A stretch of DNA of 63,929 bases, filler included, from Hausera hauseri (lineage: Eukaryota): the NCBI GenBank assembly GCA_046269625.1. It is 13 parts of 13 records of this genome, joined end to end, with 100 filler letters (N's around TTAATTAATTAA, not from the genome) between each part and the next. Parts side by side here need not be neighbours in the genome. Positions count along the whole stretch, not along the records: positions 49,300 to 55,048 come from JBJURY010195637.1; positions 55,149 to 59,489 come from JBJURY010626997.1; positions 59,590 to 63,929 come from JBJURY010627552.1; 10 more parts are not named here. One strand, written 5' to 3'. This document shows, piece after piece, positions 50,180 through 63,929 of this stretch (position 1 is its first letter; every line of letters begins with the position of its first letter). The translations under genes were made by a program, and so were the position numbers. Under the pieces are notes generated by a model, which was not told the DNA's origin, made no database searches, and saw only the letters and a program-made list of their open reading frames with translations.

Positions 50180-51559
50180 TGTTGTCTCAGTACTATTTGC
50201 CCTGTAAATAAGTTTTGGGGTTTATACATATCTTTGACTAGTTTGACTTTTTTTAAACATGTATATTTTGGAATGTAATGTTTAAATTAAAGAACTTGAA
50301 CGCTTTAATGAAAGTGTTGTTTACTTTTACAACGCTGTATAAATATCTTGTCTTTCCTGTCTACGTTTATAAAATTTTTAATTCATTTACATGTGCACAG
50401 ATTCTTCTACTTTCTCCATATTAATTAAAATACTATAAACGTCTAAATTATGATTTAACTCCTTTAAAACTCTCTTAATATATAATGATAGATGGTTAAA
50501 GAAAGAGAGAACACCATTTACATAAATTTGCAATATTTTTGGAGGAACAACATCCAAAATGCAAACCTTAGTCATTCAAAATGCTACTAATAATCTCAAT
50601 TTATTTGACCAGCATTTTCTGTTGTTATCAGTAATAGTTTATTATGGCAATTTTTATGTATCGCTACATTATTAACCTGTATAATTTGAATTTACAATAG
50701 GAATCGGTGTGTGCATTTCCTAATAATCGAAGGCCACAAATCGACGAAAATATCAAGTGATTCGCAAATATAGGTACTATTTGCAAATGTGTCATCATCA
50801 TCATTACATTTATTTTAAAATAAAGATTTGAAGCACGTTTTAGTCGTTTCAAATACGATGTAGTGTTAAAATATCTTAAATTTCATTGCCCTATAACTTT
50901 TGGCCATGCACATAAGTGAACACAAACTATATTCGATAGTATTTTACTTATGTCGGATTTTCAGTTTGTCGTTCATGTTATGTCTAATTCGTCTAATTAT
51001 CAGTTACATCACTAACATTTCTTCATTCTATATAAATATTAACATTACACATGAATGATAACATGCTATGACTCAAATATTAAACATATTTTCAGTATGA
51101 AAAATTTTGCTTCGTTATTATTTTTATTACCATCAATTAATTTATTAAAACTTATAACGTTAAATGAAAACAACTAGAAACATTGAAATTGAATAGAGCC
51201 ACTGTCCAAATAATCATTTTCACAAAAATAACAGAAGTTGATGTGACTGACCCAGTTATTTCCTTCACTGGTACTATTGCTATCAAATCGTACAATTAAT
51301 GATAGCAAACACAACTCGATGTGAGAGAAAACGAATAAAACCAATATCATATATAAAAATAATTTACACTGTTTCAAATTATTAAAAATTCAAAACCTCT
51401 AATGGCAAGTAGAGATGTAAGCATTTTTTGTATTATTATTATTTTATTATTATTACCTTTTTACATTCATTGAATGAAACCACTCACTTATATTTCAAAG
51501 AAACTCGCTGGAGAACTAATTGTTATACATAAAGTGTTTATATACAAAACACACCTAAT

Positions 51560-51795
51560 GAATATGGATAGGTCCTAATTCATGATGGAAAATGTTCAGA
51601 ATGTGTGTTCCATTATTTTCCATACATTCATGGCATCGTTTAATGAAATTTTGGAAGCATCTTTGAAGGGTGTCTATCAATTTTAAAATTTTCATTGGTA
51701 ATTTTAGTTTTCAGTTCTGCTATTGTTAAGGGTGATCTTTCGAAATAAACCTTATCCTTTAATGCACCTCACAAAAAGTAGTCACAAACGGACAA
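51560..51795 (-). pseudogene. Tc1/mariner transposase C-terminal fragment
   Basis: DYFL*GALKDKVYF...TIAELKTKI; shares DNA sequence with 52175-52250. Confidence 0.7.
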
Positions 51796-52046
51796 ATCGG
51801 TTCTACAAATGACGTTTAATTAGAGATACTGTTGAATTCTGAGTTCAATTTTATAAAGTGTATTCGGGATTTAGTGGAACATACATTCATTATTTTTATA
51901 TTACAGTACTATTGTGAGAAGTATTAGAGTTCTCTGAGATAGGTATGAAGATGATGAGCTAGGTGAGTGGGTATTTATCTTTTATGTATTTGTTTTGACA
52001 TTTAATGAAAATATTAATTTAGTTATATGCTATGGTTGTGTTTGTA

Positions 52047-52875
52047 CAGGTTGGCGGTGAAATAAAGTGATTTTTCGATCCTGATGTTGTAACTATCAAT
52101 TTTATTAGTAAAATTTTACTTTAGTAGTAAAAAACATACTTTATTAATAAGAACAAACAATATATAAACTTGAATGTGGATAGATCCTAATTCATGATGG
52201 AAAATGTGTTCAATTATTTTCCATACATTCATGGCATCGATTAATGAAATTTAATTTTATAAGCATTAAATTCCTCTTTGTGTAGGATTTTCTGAATTTA
52301 GAGGCGATTAATATGTCATTTTCGGGCTGCTTTGCGTGTACTCTGTGTTGGGTTGGCTGTGAATTCCAGATAATAGCGCGTACGTTACCAAGGGACGATT
52401 TTCGTCCACACTTTATTTTCAGATTATCAACTCTACCAGTTTCTTCATATTTTGCAATATTGTTCTTGATAACATTAACAGCAGGTGGTCCTTTTCTGAT
52501 TTGGTTACGAAACTTCTCTCGAAGATCAGAAGTGCTATAATTACCTTGACGGTTTATTTTGCATGATTTATAATTTAACATCAGAAACATTTTTCATCTT
52601 TATTAAGGAGAATCATACTTCCCTAATGATGGCAAATAAAATTACTTGAATAATGATCTGAAAAGAGCAATAATTTTTTGGTTGATGCAAAATGAACGAC
52701 TGTGTTTATTGACTCTTATTTAAGTCATAATAAATAATTAGACGGAGTTCAAAAAATATATGAGAAAAAGAGTACATACATTCGGTATGTTTTTGCACGT
52801 CTATGTAATTTTGAAAAATTTTTAGATTTAAACAATTTCAAAATCGAAAAATCTGTTTATTTCGTCGCCACTATG
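52047..52875 (-). mobile_element. Internally deleted Tc1/mariner element, 829 bp
   Basis: TA-flanked imperfect TIRs CAGGTTGGCGGTGAAATAAAGTGATTTTTCGAT / ATCGAAAAATCTGTTTATTTCGTCGCCACTATG; HTH ORF (IAKYEETGRV...CGRK) at 52210-52590. Confidence 0.8.
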
Positions 52876-52889
52876 TATAACGTTTGTCC

Positions 52890-53620
52890 TTTTGTTACAG
52901 AAATACGTTGTGTCAAAAACAAAAAACTTTCACTACGGGAACCAAAACGGATAGTTTGTGTACAATCTCCAGACATTTTCGAAATTTACATGGGTTTTAG
53001 TGGACTGTTTAGTAGAACTGAAATAAGCAATACTCTATGACCCAGCAAGACTAAAAGACAGCTGTTGATGTTATTTTAAAGCAATAGATCCTTAAATATG
53101 CATCTCCTTAAAGAATATATGCATATCACGATAATGTTTTGGAATACAAGCTCTTTCGAGGTTTCACAGACAACCAAAAATTGAAATAAAATAAGCTAGC
53201 CTCAATCATCACCATAGTAGATTTTAATTATTCAGAGACGATATAGAACGATTAGAGATTGCGTTTCGATTTCAACTAGTGATAAGACTCACGAAAATGG
53301 CTAGGTGCATTACCTTTAGTTGAATGTATGGTGAACAATATGATACAAAGAGCCCTCAGAGTTACACCATCCGAAATAGTATTTGGAATGCGTTTATGCA
53401 ACCAGTACAAAGTTTTCTGAAATTTTGATTTTGACAGTAAAGTGTTAATAAAAAGTTAACCAAAATAATCTCGATATCCGGTCCGAAGGACATTATACAG
53501 TGGTAAAATATTGCATGACAGATTGAAGAGAAATTAGAGGAAGTGATTGATACATAACATAAAATGTTTCGCCATTTTAAAGAGGAGGATGTGAAGATAT
53601 TCAGTGTCGAACATAATTTC
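52890..53620 (+). pseudogene. Degraded Gypsy integrase end with PPT and LTR start
   Basis: QRALRVTPSEIVFGMR, EGHYTVVK, then AAAGAGGAGGA followed by TGT at 53590. Confidence 0.55.
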
Positions 53621-54001
53621 CCTTACATATTAATTGGATTGTGTAATTTGCAAAATAAGTATTTACGTTTTATTGATGATATTTTATCCATGGTAAACAA
53701 AACCAAAAAATTGTCAACTTTAAGTAGTTTGTAAACAACAAACCAATTTGCATGTTGACATTAAAGACACTAAACATTGAACTTATAATTTGATTTATTA
53801 TCTGTAATGATGACTTTGTAAATTGCTTTCCTGTTACAACTGATTGACGAATAATTTGATTTACATATTCTATGTTAGCGCGGTAATTGAAATTTGATTA
53901 TTTATATTTCACATTTCGATAAAACTACTATGCTGATCGAAACTGCTTCCACTTGAGTCAATATTCTAATTTTGATTTAATGTCTTCTTTTATTATTCCT
54001 T

Positions 54002-54154
54002 CACGTTTCTATGGCATGATTCGATGAACGTTAGTTGAAAAGAGTAATGAAAGAAGGATTTGTTTATGTTTAGTCTTCAAAACTAAATTGAAACAAATCC
54101 TTCTTTCATTACTCTTTTCAACTAACGTTTATTCAATCATGCCATAGAAACGTG
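54002..54154. repeat. Foldback palindrome (64-bp arms)
   Basis: 54002-54065 is a near-perfect reverse complement of 54091-54154; a partial copy lies at ~34175-34250. Confidence 0.9.
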
Positions 54155-55870
54155 GATGTTTGTAGGTTACAAAAAGTCATAACCCTAATTTATGTATTTA
54201 TGTATGTGTGCATCTCATGACAATATGCTATTGAGAATTCCACGAAATGTATTATCATGAAGAATGAGAAGAGAATATATTAAACATCAATGTATGTAAA
54301 TCTATGCAGAACACTGTCCGAAACACATTCAATTGTGACAGCGTCAATTCGGTTTCGCTAGGAAACATTTGTCAAATTATTAATCATTATAAAATTCCAT
54401 ACTTGCATTCCAAATTTCTTAAAATAGTTCTCTTTTGTCAAAAAGTGAAAATGTAGCACAAAAATAAAGCATTTTCAAAACTATTTAAAGTACAAAATAT
54501 TTCATTATTGAGATAATACACACATATGACAAGTTCAATAATTATTCCATTAGACAAGTATTTATAATAAAATGACTCACCGTCAAAACAAATTCGAAAT
54601 TTTTGTCTAATTTCGTTTACTTTTCCAGTCATCATTTTAAGTAGTATTTCACTCTGAGACAAATCACAAAAATACTGGACATCGTGTCTTTATACTGATT
54701 AGAGACATTTCAAATCATACTTCGCTTTTTTATTATGGTTAAAACAGAAATAAATATCTTAATTAATCAGTAGTTGACAAATCAATTCGTTTATCTACTG
54801 TTTAATCATAATTTTCCAACCGAAATTTTTTTAATTAAGCATTTAAAATTTCCAAAATGTTCGAGTATCTGAATGGCCTATATATGTTGCATTAAATTTG
54901 AGAAAATATATCTAATAAAATCAATAAAGGTACTAAATGTACATTTTTTGTTCATACAACATAGGTCCTCAACTTCAAGCAGCGAGGCTGTGTGAAATGT
55001 CTGTCTAGGCATAATACACAAAACTACTTGATATAATAAAAACTGAATNNNNNNNNNNNNNNNNNNNNNNNNNNNNNNNNNNNNNNNNNNNNTTAATTAA
55101 TTAANNNNNNNNNNNNNNNNNNNNNNNNNNNNNNNNNNNNNNNNNNNNCCCCGGGACGGAAGGAGAACCCTGCGAATCCCCGTGAAGGTGGGCCCCATGC
55201 TCGGGGACCGGGATGCATCAAAGCCTTCACAGCCAAGCCTCAAGCCAACAAGGTGAATGCGTCCGTCTGCACAGTCAAGAAAAACGACCATGCGCCTGCT
55301 GCCAAGAGACCACCAACTCGCAGTTACAGAGGCATCAACCAACCAACCAACCAAGGGTGCACTCAAAACGGCTGTGCAACGCATGGGATCGGACCCCATT
55401 TGGATAAGCCTCGTGACTTGCCTAGTACCCGTGCTTCGGGAAGGAAACCGCAACATGCGAGGTGGAACTGTCGAAATGCCAAACATAACAGCCTTAGTTT
55501 GTGGTATATAGATTCCCTCGTGCATAGATTCCATTTAATTCAATTTTCTTCCCAGGTAAGCTGTTTGAAGGGAAGGCCAAAGGCAGGAATAAATGGGGAA
55601 GACAACCCATGCCATATGAAGGAGTTACAGGGATAAGTAACTAGTACAAGAAAATATAGGCATCAGATACTGTAGCTATCAATAATAAAACCAACAAGGC
55701 TAGAATGTTGGATTTATAATTTTCAAAAAAACTTAACAGTTTACAAAACTGAAATTATTTATTAAAAAAAAACTAATTGTGTGCACCACATGACAAAAAG
55801 CTGCAGAGCAAAATGATGCATTTAACAAGTGAACTTCGATTTGGGTTTGTCATTTGCCTGCAGTGTCATT

Positions 55871-55980
55871 ATTAACTAACTGATCCTGTAAACTCTAAGC
55901 TAAAATCCACATTAACTAAATGAACCTGTAAACTTTAAGCTGAAGTCCACATTAACTAACTGATCCTGTAGACTCTAAGT
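55871..55980. repeat. 40-bp tandem repeat, 2.75 copies
   Basis: ATTAACTAACTGATCCTGTAAACTCTAAGC... at 55871, 55911 and 55951. Confidence 0.9.
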
Positions 55981-58602
55981 CAAAACATTTTGTACACAAA
56001 GCTGCTTACAGCAGACTGTAGTATATGCAGTTCATTACTGGCCCTTCTGTTTCAGTGGGCTACATGGAAAGCTTTTCGAATAGCATAAATTTGATTTTTC
56101 ATCATTGCCTTTTAATTGTCGTTTTCTATTATTGTTGATAATTTGTGATATAAAATGACTCAAGCGATGAAGAAATGTTGCATTATATATATGCTGTTGT
56201 AAATGAAGCTCAAAGAAACAAAAAAAGACAGGCGATATTCCGAAGCTTCATATTACTTGAAATAGTATGCCCAATTTTGAACAGTAGGATTCTTAAATAT
56301 TCATCCTTATTAACGCTAGCTGGATTACGACTACTTGAAAATAGAAGTAAGAAATACATTCTGTTTCAAAGTCGCGATCTCGCTGGTATGTATATGCACA
56401 AAATAAATGAAATAAGAAGCTGAGAATGACTGTATCTGTGTTTAAACTATTGTAAAAGGTATGTATTTAAAATAGATTTGTAAGAGAAAAATGTATTCAT
56501 TTTTGTTTAGATTGTGATATGATATGCATTAGAAAAAAAATATGCTTGCAGATACTTGTGTATGTGTGTGAATGTAGCTACATTTTTAAAAATTCAGTAA
56601 CACAACAATGTTTAAATTGTATAATTTCTGTTTAAAGTTCGTTAAAATAACTGAAAAGTTAACCAAATAGAAAGCTAGTTAGATGAGTTCAACATATTTA
56701 TGATTTTTATTACAAAATTTTATAGATTCCTCTCATAACAAATGTATAAAAATATAGTACAATGGTAAATGACTTGTATTCTATATCCTGTTTTTTATCA
56801 TTGGTTTGAGACTATTATTAGATCACTTCGTAAAGTTTTTTCACCAGTGTATTTTTTCACATCGATTCATACTATAAATGACTTCATTGTTTTTGGAATT
56901 TTAAAATAGTTATGGTGCTGTATTGTAGTAATTTTTAATAAACATTCTAAAGTCTCTGTACAGTTATGAAATTTATGTGCAAATAATATGTATACAAGGT
57001 AAATTATACATGCATTTAGTTTTTGATAAATAATTTAATAAGTAGTAAAACATGATGAGTGACTTCAGTGCATAAAAAATTTCGACTTTACTTTTATTTT
57101 TTTTTAGTTTTCAGCATTATTTACTTGAGCTCTGACTGCAGATTGAGAACATAATATTTTATGACAAAAAGATTTGACTAAAAATGTAGAACACGATAGT
57201 CTCATGTCAAATCATTTTCCTATCAGTGACTTGGAATATTCAAGTTCGCTTACAATAGGTTTGCCATAAAATGAATGTTTATTGATGACTGCATTCAACA
57301 AATTAAAATATAAATAAACTGGAGCAATATATTGAACATAAAATAAGATTCTACACTTAAAAATATACTGATACGTTTCTATTAGTAGAACCCCAGTGAT
57401 TGCCCAACATAAATGTTGTCATGAAAGCAAGCTAATGACACGAATGACAACCCTAATGATATACACAGCTTTGTTAACTTTAGTGAAATACACAGATTAT
57501 GACATTTGGCTTTTTGTCGCACAATTTGACTAGGACCTTGCTAATGGAAAAGTACCAATATATTTTGAGCAGTAATATTTAACCATTATAATGGTAAGAA
57601 AAAAAGACTTTATCATGAATGGCACACAAAGTTTTAATATAAATTTTATAAATTGTCAAAACAAGTCAAAATTAAAATCTTCATCACTGAATAAATAAAC
57701 TGCTGCAACTATATACATTTTATGAATCTCCAATACTGATTTTAAAAGTTGGCAGCAAGTCAGAATAATTTTTAAATGTTTGTCCTTAATGCTATTGCCC
57801 TTATTAAATTTACATTCATCCATTACATTCTTTATCTACATCAAGACACATCACTACAACATGGTAACCATATCATGCTCTTCATATTAAGAAGTATGCG
57901 TCCCGCATTTAGGAAAAAAAGTATTGTTCTATATGAACTTTCTTTTCCAAAACATCCTTTATTTTTAATTCTTCCTTTGTCCATCAAGAAATGGATATGA
58001 TATACTGCCAGATTGTTTGTAAAGTACTGGAAGTTTGTGATTAACTAGGTTGCAGAGGAATTTCTCACTATCACATTGAGGAAGGTTACAACAATTTGTT
58101 CTAAAAGACCATGACAATAAAACACAGTAGACATCGGAGTAAAACTCTTTAACCCCTTACATTTTCCTAATCTAAATCTGAAATGGATTTCGACAATTCA
58201 GTGATACAGACTATCCATGGGGATGGTATTTTTCTATTCCAAAGTTTTCTCCTATTTACATGAAATGTTTTACCATAGGTGCTAGTTCACAACTGAACGA
58301 CATTTTTTACTCAAATGATTACAGTCGACCCTCTTCCAACTGCCACCATCAATCCAAAGACTTTTTTGACAATAAGCAAGGGTGGTGGTTTTAACAAGGG
58401 ATTCCTTTTTAAATTACATTTAGTGAGACTGATTTTGTTACTGAATATTGACTTGAAAGATATATTGGAAATTTATTTTGCATTAAATTCGCGTGAAAAA
58501 TCATACTTGAATAAAATATGTAATGGATTCACATACCTGTTTTAAATAATTTTAAGTGAAAAAGTTATCAGAAGTATTCTATTTTGGTTTGCAACACTAA
58601 CT

Positions 58603-58744
58603 GTCGTATTCACCACTGCAGGTAATTCGTAGATCAACTGTAACACTCCGATTGGCCCAATCAGATTTGATCATGGTCAAATCTGATTGGATCAATCAGA
58701 GTGTTACAGCTAATTCTCACGTTACCTGCGATGGTGAATACGGC
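58603..58744. mobile_element. Palindromic ~142-bp MITE (Harbinger-like termini)
   Basis: GTCGTATTCACCA...TGGTGAATACGGC; self-complementary about a CATG centre at ~58671. Confidence 0.7.
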
Positions 58745-59589
58745 CATAAATGAATCAACACATTTTCCAAGACTAAATACCATGTTTATAGTCTCTCTGT
58801 GAATTCTATTCTGCCATTCAAAATAACGTTTTAGTTTGCACATGCATTTTTGTCTACGGGCTTTCTTACTTGTAATTTTCTTTTCTTCAGTTTCCTTATT
58901 TTCTGACTCAATCTCCTCTATTTCTGTGGAGGACGATGATTAAAAAATTGCACATTTTCATCGGTTGCCATATCAGTTCTGAGAATGTACAGGAAACCAA
59001 AAAGAAGCATGCTGAAAAGTTACTTTTAATATTTGTACACTATCTCTAATGTTGCTTTTGTCCTTGTATATCAAGCTAGTGTAAGCGTAGATGCAAAACT
59101 CAGCGATCAATATTTTTGTATAGTTTCCTGACTATTACAATCACAAGCTTTCTTAGCTAAGTAAAGCCGTGTTTGTTGTGACAGACCATTCCTTTAGGGC
59201 AAAATTAATGGTATTGAAAATTGAATTTAATCATTTGAGAATTGAAACTACCTTTCTTGAATTCTGCTGTATCAAAACAAATATTATTTAGTTCTCAAGA
59301 AAACTTCAAAAATAAATAATAATAGTTGCAAGTGTGCAAGCAATGACTGGTAGTTTACATAGCAATAGTGTGGTGGGAAGCTGTGAAATTCTAGTTTTGT
59401 CAGAATTTCAAGAGTATGCTCTTTTGATGAAATTTAATTTTAAAAAATGATAACTCAAAGCACTATTTAACATTCTTGATTTTGGGAGCNNNNNNNNNNN
59501 NNNNNNNNNNNNNNNNNNNNNNNNNNNNNNNNNTTAATTAATTAANNNNNNNNNNNNNNNNNNNNNNNNNNNNNNNNNNNNNNNNNNNN

Positions 59590-62500
59590 AATTTTTACTA
59601 CGGCAACAAATACGATATTGCCAACTGCGTGGCACCTATTACTAATAGCACAGCTGCCAACACCATATTTAACACAAACATTTTGCATCAAATACCACCT
59701 AGTCACAACAACTTTTCTATAACTTATACCTCAACTGCATCCAGTCACGATACATCGACACCATCGGATAATTTTTCATCCTTGTCTTCTGATCTAGAAC
59801 AATACATTTCGTCTTCCTGCACGCGTCTGTTGCAGAAGGATAAATCATTTGCACCTCCTCAATCCACCTTTCGTCACATAGTAACTGCACATAAAAGACC
59901 AATACGGCAAAAGGTTCGCCCGATGTCGCCTCGACGCAGACAAGCAGTGGGGGCTGAGTTTCTCGACCTTGAAATATCAGGCATAATCAGAAAATCCAAT
60001 TCCCCCCGGTCTTCACCATTGCATGTAGTTCCAAAAAATGGCACCTTTCGCCCATGCGGTAATTACCGACAAATAACACCATGACAACAATGGATGCCTA
60101 CTCTTTACCATTAATCAACGATATTCTACACAGACTTCATGCTTTGACCATCTTTTCCTGCATTGATCTACACAAAGCATACTACCAAATTCCGGTGGCC
60201 ACAGAAAACATTCCAAAAACGGCTGTCATTACACCTTTTGGCCTTTTTGAATACCTCTTCATGCCTTTTAAACTCCGTAGCGCGTCCCAGATCTTCTAAA
60301 GGCATATCGATACAGTCCTATCAGGCTTAAACTTCGCCTATCCCTACATCGATGATATCTTAATCGCATCATCTTCGTCCAAACAACACTCTGAACACTT
60401 ACGTTTAATCATCCAGCGCTTACACCAAAACAATTTGCAAATTAACTTCTCCAAATGCTCCTTTTTCAACATAAGGCCAACTTCCTAGGACATGTTATTA
60501 GCTCCTCCGGACATTCACCTCAGCCAAACCACATCACACAGCTAAAATCATACAACTACCATGTACATAAACAGAGATGCGTTCTTTCCTCGGAACCTTG
60601 CACTTTATTCATAATGTCGTTCCGCACTGTTCTACTCTAACCGCCCCATTTGCATCACTAAGCTCTGGCAAGAAGAAACAGCCTATTTAGTGGACCGGCA
60701 ATTTAGTCAATGTTTTCGATCGTCTCAAAAACAATTTGAAAACTGTGGAAATACTGGCCTATCCAGACTCCCATGCAGAACTTTTCTTAACTACCGACGC
60801 ATCTACAACAGCTGCAAGTGCTGTCCTCCATCAAGTTAAAAATGGATCCAATGAGCCATTGGAATCCATTTCTCGAAAATTCACAGCACAAGAGCAAAGA
60901 TATTTTACCATTAATGGAGAATTGTTTGCAATGGTCCTTGCCGTCAAACACTTCAAACGTCTGCTAACTGCACGAACTTTCACAACACAAACAGACCACA
61001 AGCCCTTGCTCCAAATTCTCACCATGAAATCGCCTTCTCCGTGTCAGGAGAGGCAAATATCGCATTTGTCAACGTTTAATTTTGTAACTAAATATCTAAA
61101 TGGATTCGACAATTTAGTAGTTGACTTTTTGTTCCGATCGGTCAGCTCGATTAACTTTACACCAATTTTTCCTCAATCCAAATTTCAGCAAAACCAGCTA
61201 TCTCCTGACATCCTTAAATCATTTAAGTCGTGCTAAACCATCGACGGTGTGGTCTTCGACACCTCCAAACCTAATAATCTCAAATCATTCTTTCTGAGTC
61301 GCTTCAAAAGGAAGCCTTCTACAGCGTACATTCGTTTCATCACCGTGGTGCCAAGTCCACTGTTCGACTCTTGCAACGCCAAGTAGTATGACCGTCGATG
61401 CGCTCTGACGTGCCCTCATGGGTTAGGCAGTGTGTGGCATGCCAAAAATACAAAGTTACTAAGCATCTAAAGCCACCACTATTTTATTTTCCTGCACGTC
61501 TCGTTTCGAATCTGTTCACATTGATCTTGTAGGCCCATTACCCTTAGACAACGGTCATTAGTTCATCCTTACAATGATGGACCGTTCCTCGCGATGGCCA
61601 GAGGCTGTCCCGCTTCGGAGCACCAACATAGAAACCATTGCAGATGTTTTCATCCGCACTTGGATCAGCAGGTTTGGATCACCTCGGCACATCATTTCGG
61701 ACTAAGGCCCACAGTTCGAATCCAACCTGTTTAAAGCTCCTGCTAATCGATTGGGAATTAACCACATTCACACACCCGTATATCATCCCCAGTCAAACGG
61801 CCTTCTTTAACGCTTTCATCGAATAATAAAAACGTCTCTTAAAATTCTTGCTGAGTCCAATCGCAATTGGACTACACTCCTTCCTTGCGTTCTGCTTGGC
61901 TGACGGAACACACCATTTACTTCTACAGGCTGTTCGTCTGCAGAAGCATTATTTGGCACTTCCATCAGATCATTATTCGAGCTAACTGAGCTGGACAATA
62001 CTCCTACAGACAAAACCATACAAGCGGCACACAGACACTTCGTTGAGATTAGCAAAGACTCATTTCGCAGATTGTTACACGCAAATAAACCCTACATACC
62101 CGACGATTTATATACTGACAAGTTTATTTGGTTAAAGAATCAGACGCCGTGTAGATTTCAACCACAGTATGTCGGCCCTTACAAAGTAATTCGCTTACAC
62201 TCCAATAACATCATTCTCAAAGACGAGAAAGAAGTAACCGTTCACATCAATAATGCTAAACCGGCCTTTTTTATTGACGACACGTCTCCCGTTGAAACTA
62301 CGTCGCCACCAACATCTCTGGGCAACGCGCAGCAATCCAACAACTCACCTTCCATCTCTGCTCAATGTCTTAAGCCACTCTCCCTTACGTCTTCTCCCAA
62401 AACTTCCACTTCAATTTCTTCTCACAATTCAGCCTCTTTCTCCCCATCCGATTCTGCACCTTTAATCCTTTCACCACCTCCTTCGTCTCCTCACAACAAC

Positions 62501-63370
62501 CTGCTTTATCCTTTTACAGTACTTCCTCCACAAAACACCATTTCGACTTTACCAATCTCTTCATCTACAACTTTCATCACTCTAACCTCTTGCACACCAC
62601 CCTCCAACTACTTTCCTTTGCCATTTTCTCGCTGTCTTTCGCCTTGTACCTCTTCGCCGTCTCCTCTTTCTCTCTGTCCCTCTGTTTCCACACCTTCCTC
62701 ATCCTCGGCGCTTTCTTCCTGCCTTTCTTATCACACATCATCTTTTCTCCTTTCGCTTCCACTTCGCAACTTCCTCCTCTCTTTACCTCTTTTCCTATTC
62801 CTTTTACTCTCTCTACTACAACTTCCCTTTTATCTTCCACTTCCACTCTCTCACATAATTCAATTCCAATTTCTACTCCAACTTCTTTTTCTCTTTCTTT
62901 ATCCTCCACTACACCTGTTATCATCCCTCCATCTTCTAATACTTTCTTGAGTGCCTTTAACCATCTGTCTTCAATAATCTCACTTCCTCTTTCACCTTCT
63001 TCTTCTATTCTTTTTGACTCGTCTTAGCATCACACAACAATAACAACAAAATCTGACTATTTTTCCCCAACCTCAAACTCTGAAAATAAACACACAGCAC
63101 AAAGACAAAACACGCAGAGTCGCATTCAGCAAGTATAGCAGGGAAAAATCACTGGAAGGAACCAAACGTCTTGTCCACACTAAGACCGACTGACACAGAC
63201 ACTTTTTCGTTTTACAATTTTTTCTCTTTTTTTTACCCTTCATAGTTTTCACTTTGCCACGGCGGGTGATGTGGTGCCTACAGCGGACGGCGCCCTCTAG
63301 CCAATTTGTTTGGACACGGCCGAGCGTCCGTTGCCGCCGCGTCGGGCCCATAATCGGGCCCAGATTTCCA
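59590..63370 (+). mobile_element. Ty3/Gypsy retrotransposon (RT, RNase H, integrase, long 3' region, 3' LTR); degenerate
   Basis: SSPLHVVPK...RPCGNYR; IDLHKAYYQIP...KTAVITPFGLFEYLFMPF; YIDDILI; LTTDAS; TDHKPL; VHIDLVGPLP; YVGPYKV; LTR-like segment at 63270-63370. Confidence 0.95.
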
Positions 63371-63385
63371 GCTTTACGAATTTAG

Positions 63386-63929
63386 CTACAAAGACTGACA
63401 CAAATAGAACCATTACTGGATTCCAACGGTGATACCGTTGTTCATTTAGCCCTTAAGAACAAAGATTATCAGATGATCATTGATAAAGTATTAACGTTTC
63501 CCGTTGATTTATCAATCTACAATAACAATGGATTTAATCCTCTCAATTTGGCCATAAATGAAGGAAAATTAGAAGCCTTTCAAATGCTTTTAAAGTCAGC
63601 ACAAAAAGCCCAATATTTCGAAGCCGAAAACGGCGAGTCAAACTTGCAGTTATCCATTCCTTATAAGCAATTGGAAATATCGGAATTCATTTTGAGTAAA
63701 AGTCCGACCGTAAGCTGTGCAATTGACAGAACGTACGGTTTTATATCTCTTCATTGGGCTGTTTTTCAAAAGAATTCCGTTATAATGAAAAAACTTTTGA
63801 GATTAAATCCGAAGTTGATAAATGTGAAAGACAGTACTGGAAAGACCGCGTTGGAACATTTGATTTATATGCACGAATTTTCTAAAGTGCTTAAAGAGGA
63901 TATAATCTGTATTGGAATAAAGTTGATTG
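63386..63929 (+). CDS. Ankyrin-repeat protein fragment (open to the window end; absent from the ORF track)
   Basis: DSNGDTVVHLALKNK...NNNGFNPLNLAINEGKLEAFQMLL...YGFISLHWAVFQKNSVIMKKLL...NVKDSTGKTALEH. Confidence 0.85.

Noticed and set aside
55149-55640. GC-richer block with overlapping ORFs on both strands; possible ribozyme or LINE start
   Set aside because: No protein motif or ribozyme fold could be fitted.
4622-59589. Regularly recurring TTAATTAATTAA as a biological repeat, and ORFs that run through N blocks
   Set aside because: It is an assembly linker. ORFs containing X are artefacts, and cross-contig gene neighbourhoods are not real.

Overview
This window is not contiguous DNA. It is 13 unrelated contigs of about 4-6.5 kb, joined by an artificial 100-bp linker (44 N + TTAATTAATTAA + 44 N). 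The source is an AT-rich animal genome with short introns (about 35-50 nt). Most content is decayed mobile DNA. (i) Polinton/Maverick (adintovirus-like) remnants on three contigs: a protein-primed PolB with an EndoVII-like insert; a penton - core - major capsid - adenain protease module; and a second, divergent capsid/protease/exonuclease-like module. (ii) Several Ty3/Gypsy elements, including two copies of one family with about 101-bp GC-rich LTRs and one element whose integrase runs in frame into a signal-peptide, Cys-rich env-like ORF. (iii) RTE LINE, SINE, hAT, Tc1/mariner and MITE remnants, plus tandem repeats. (iv) Broken host-gene pieces: MCM5 N-terminus, a Notch LNR exon, a dynein-light-chain-like gene, a titin-like Ig array joined to a coiled coil, and ankyrin repeats. 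The top observation is that both divergent Polinton protease genes appear to carry a short GT-AG intron at the same position (after ATG-AA, codon 2). The second is the env-like Gypsy. All family calls come from motif recognition by eye; no searches were run.
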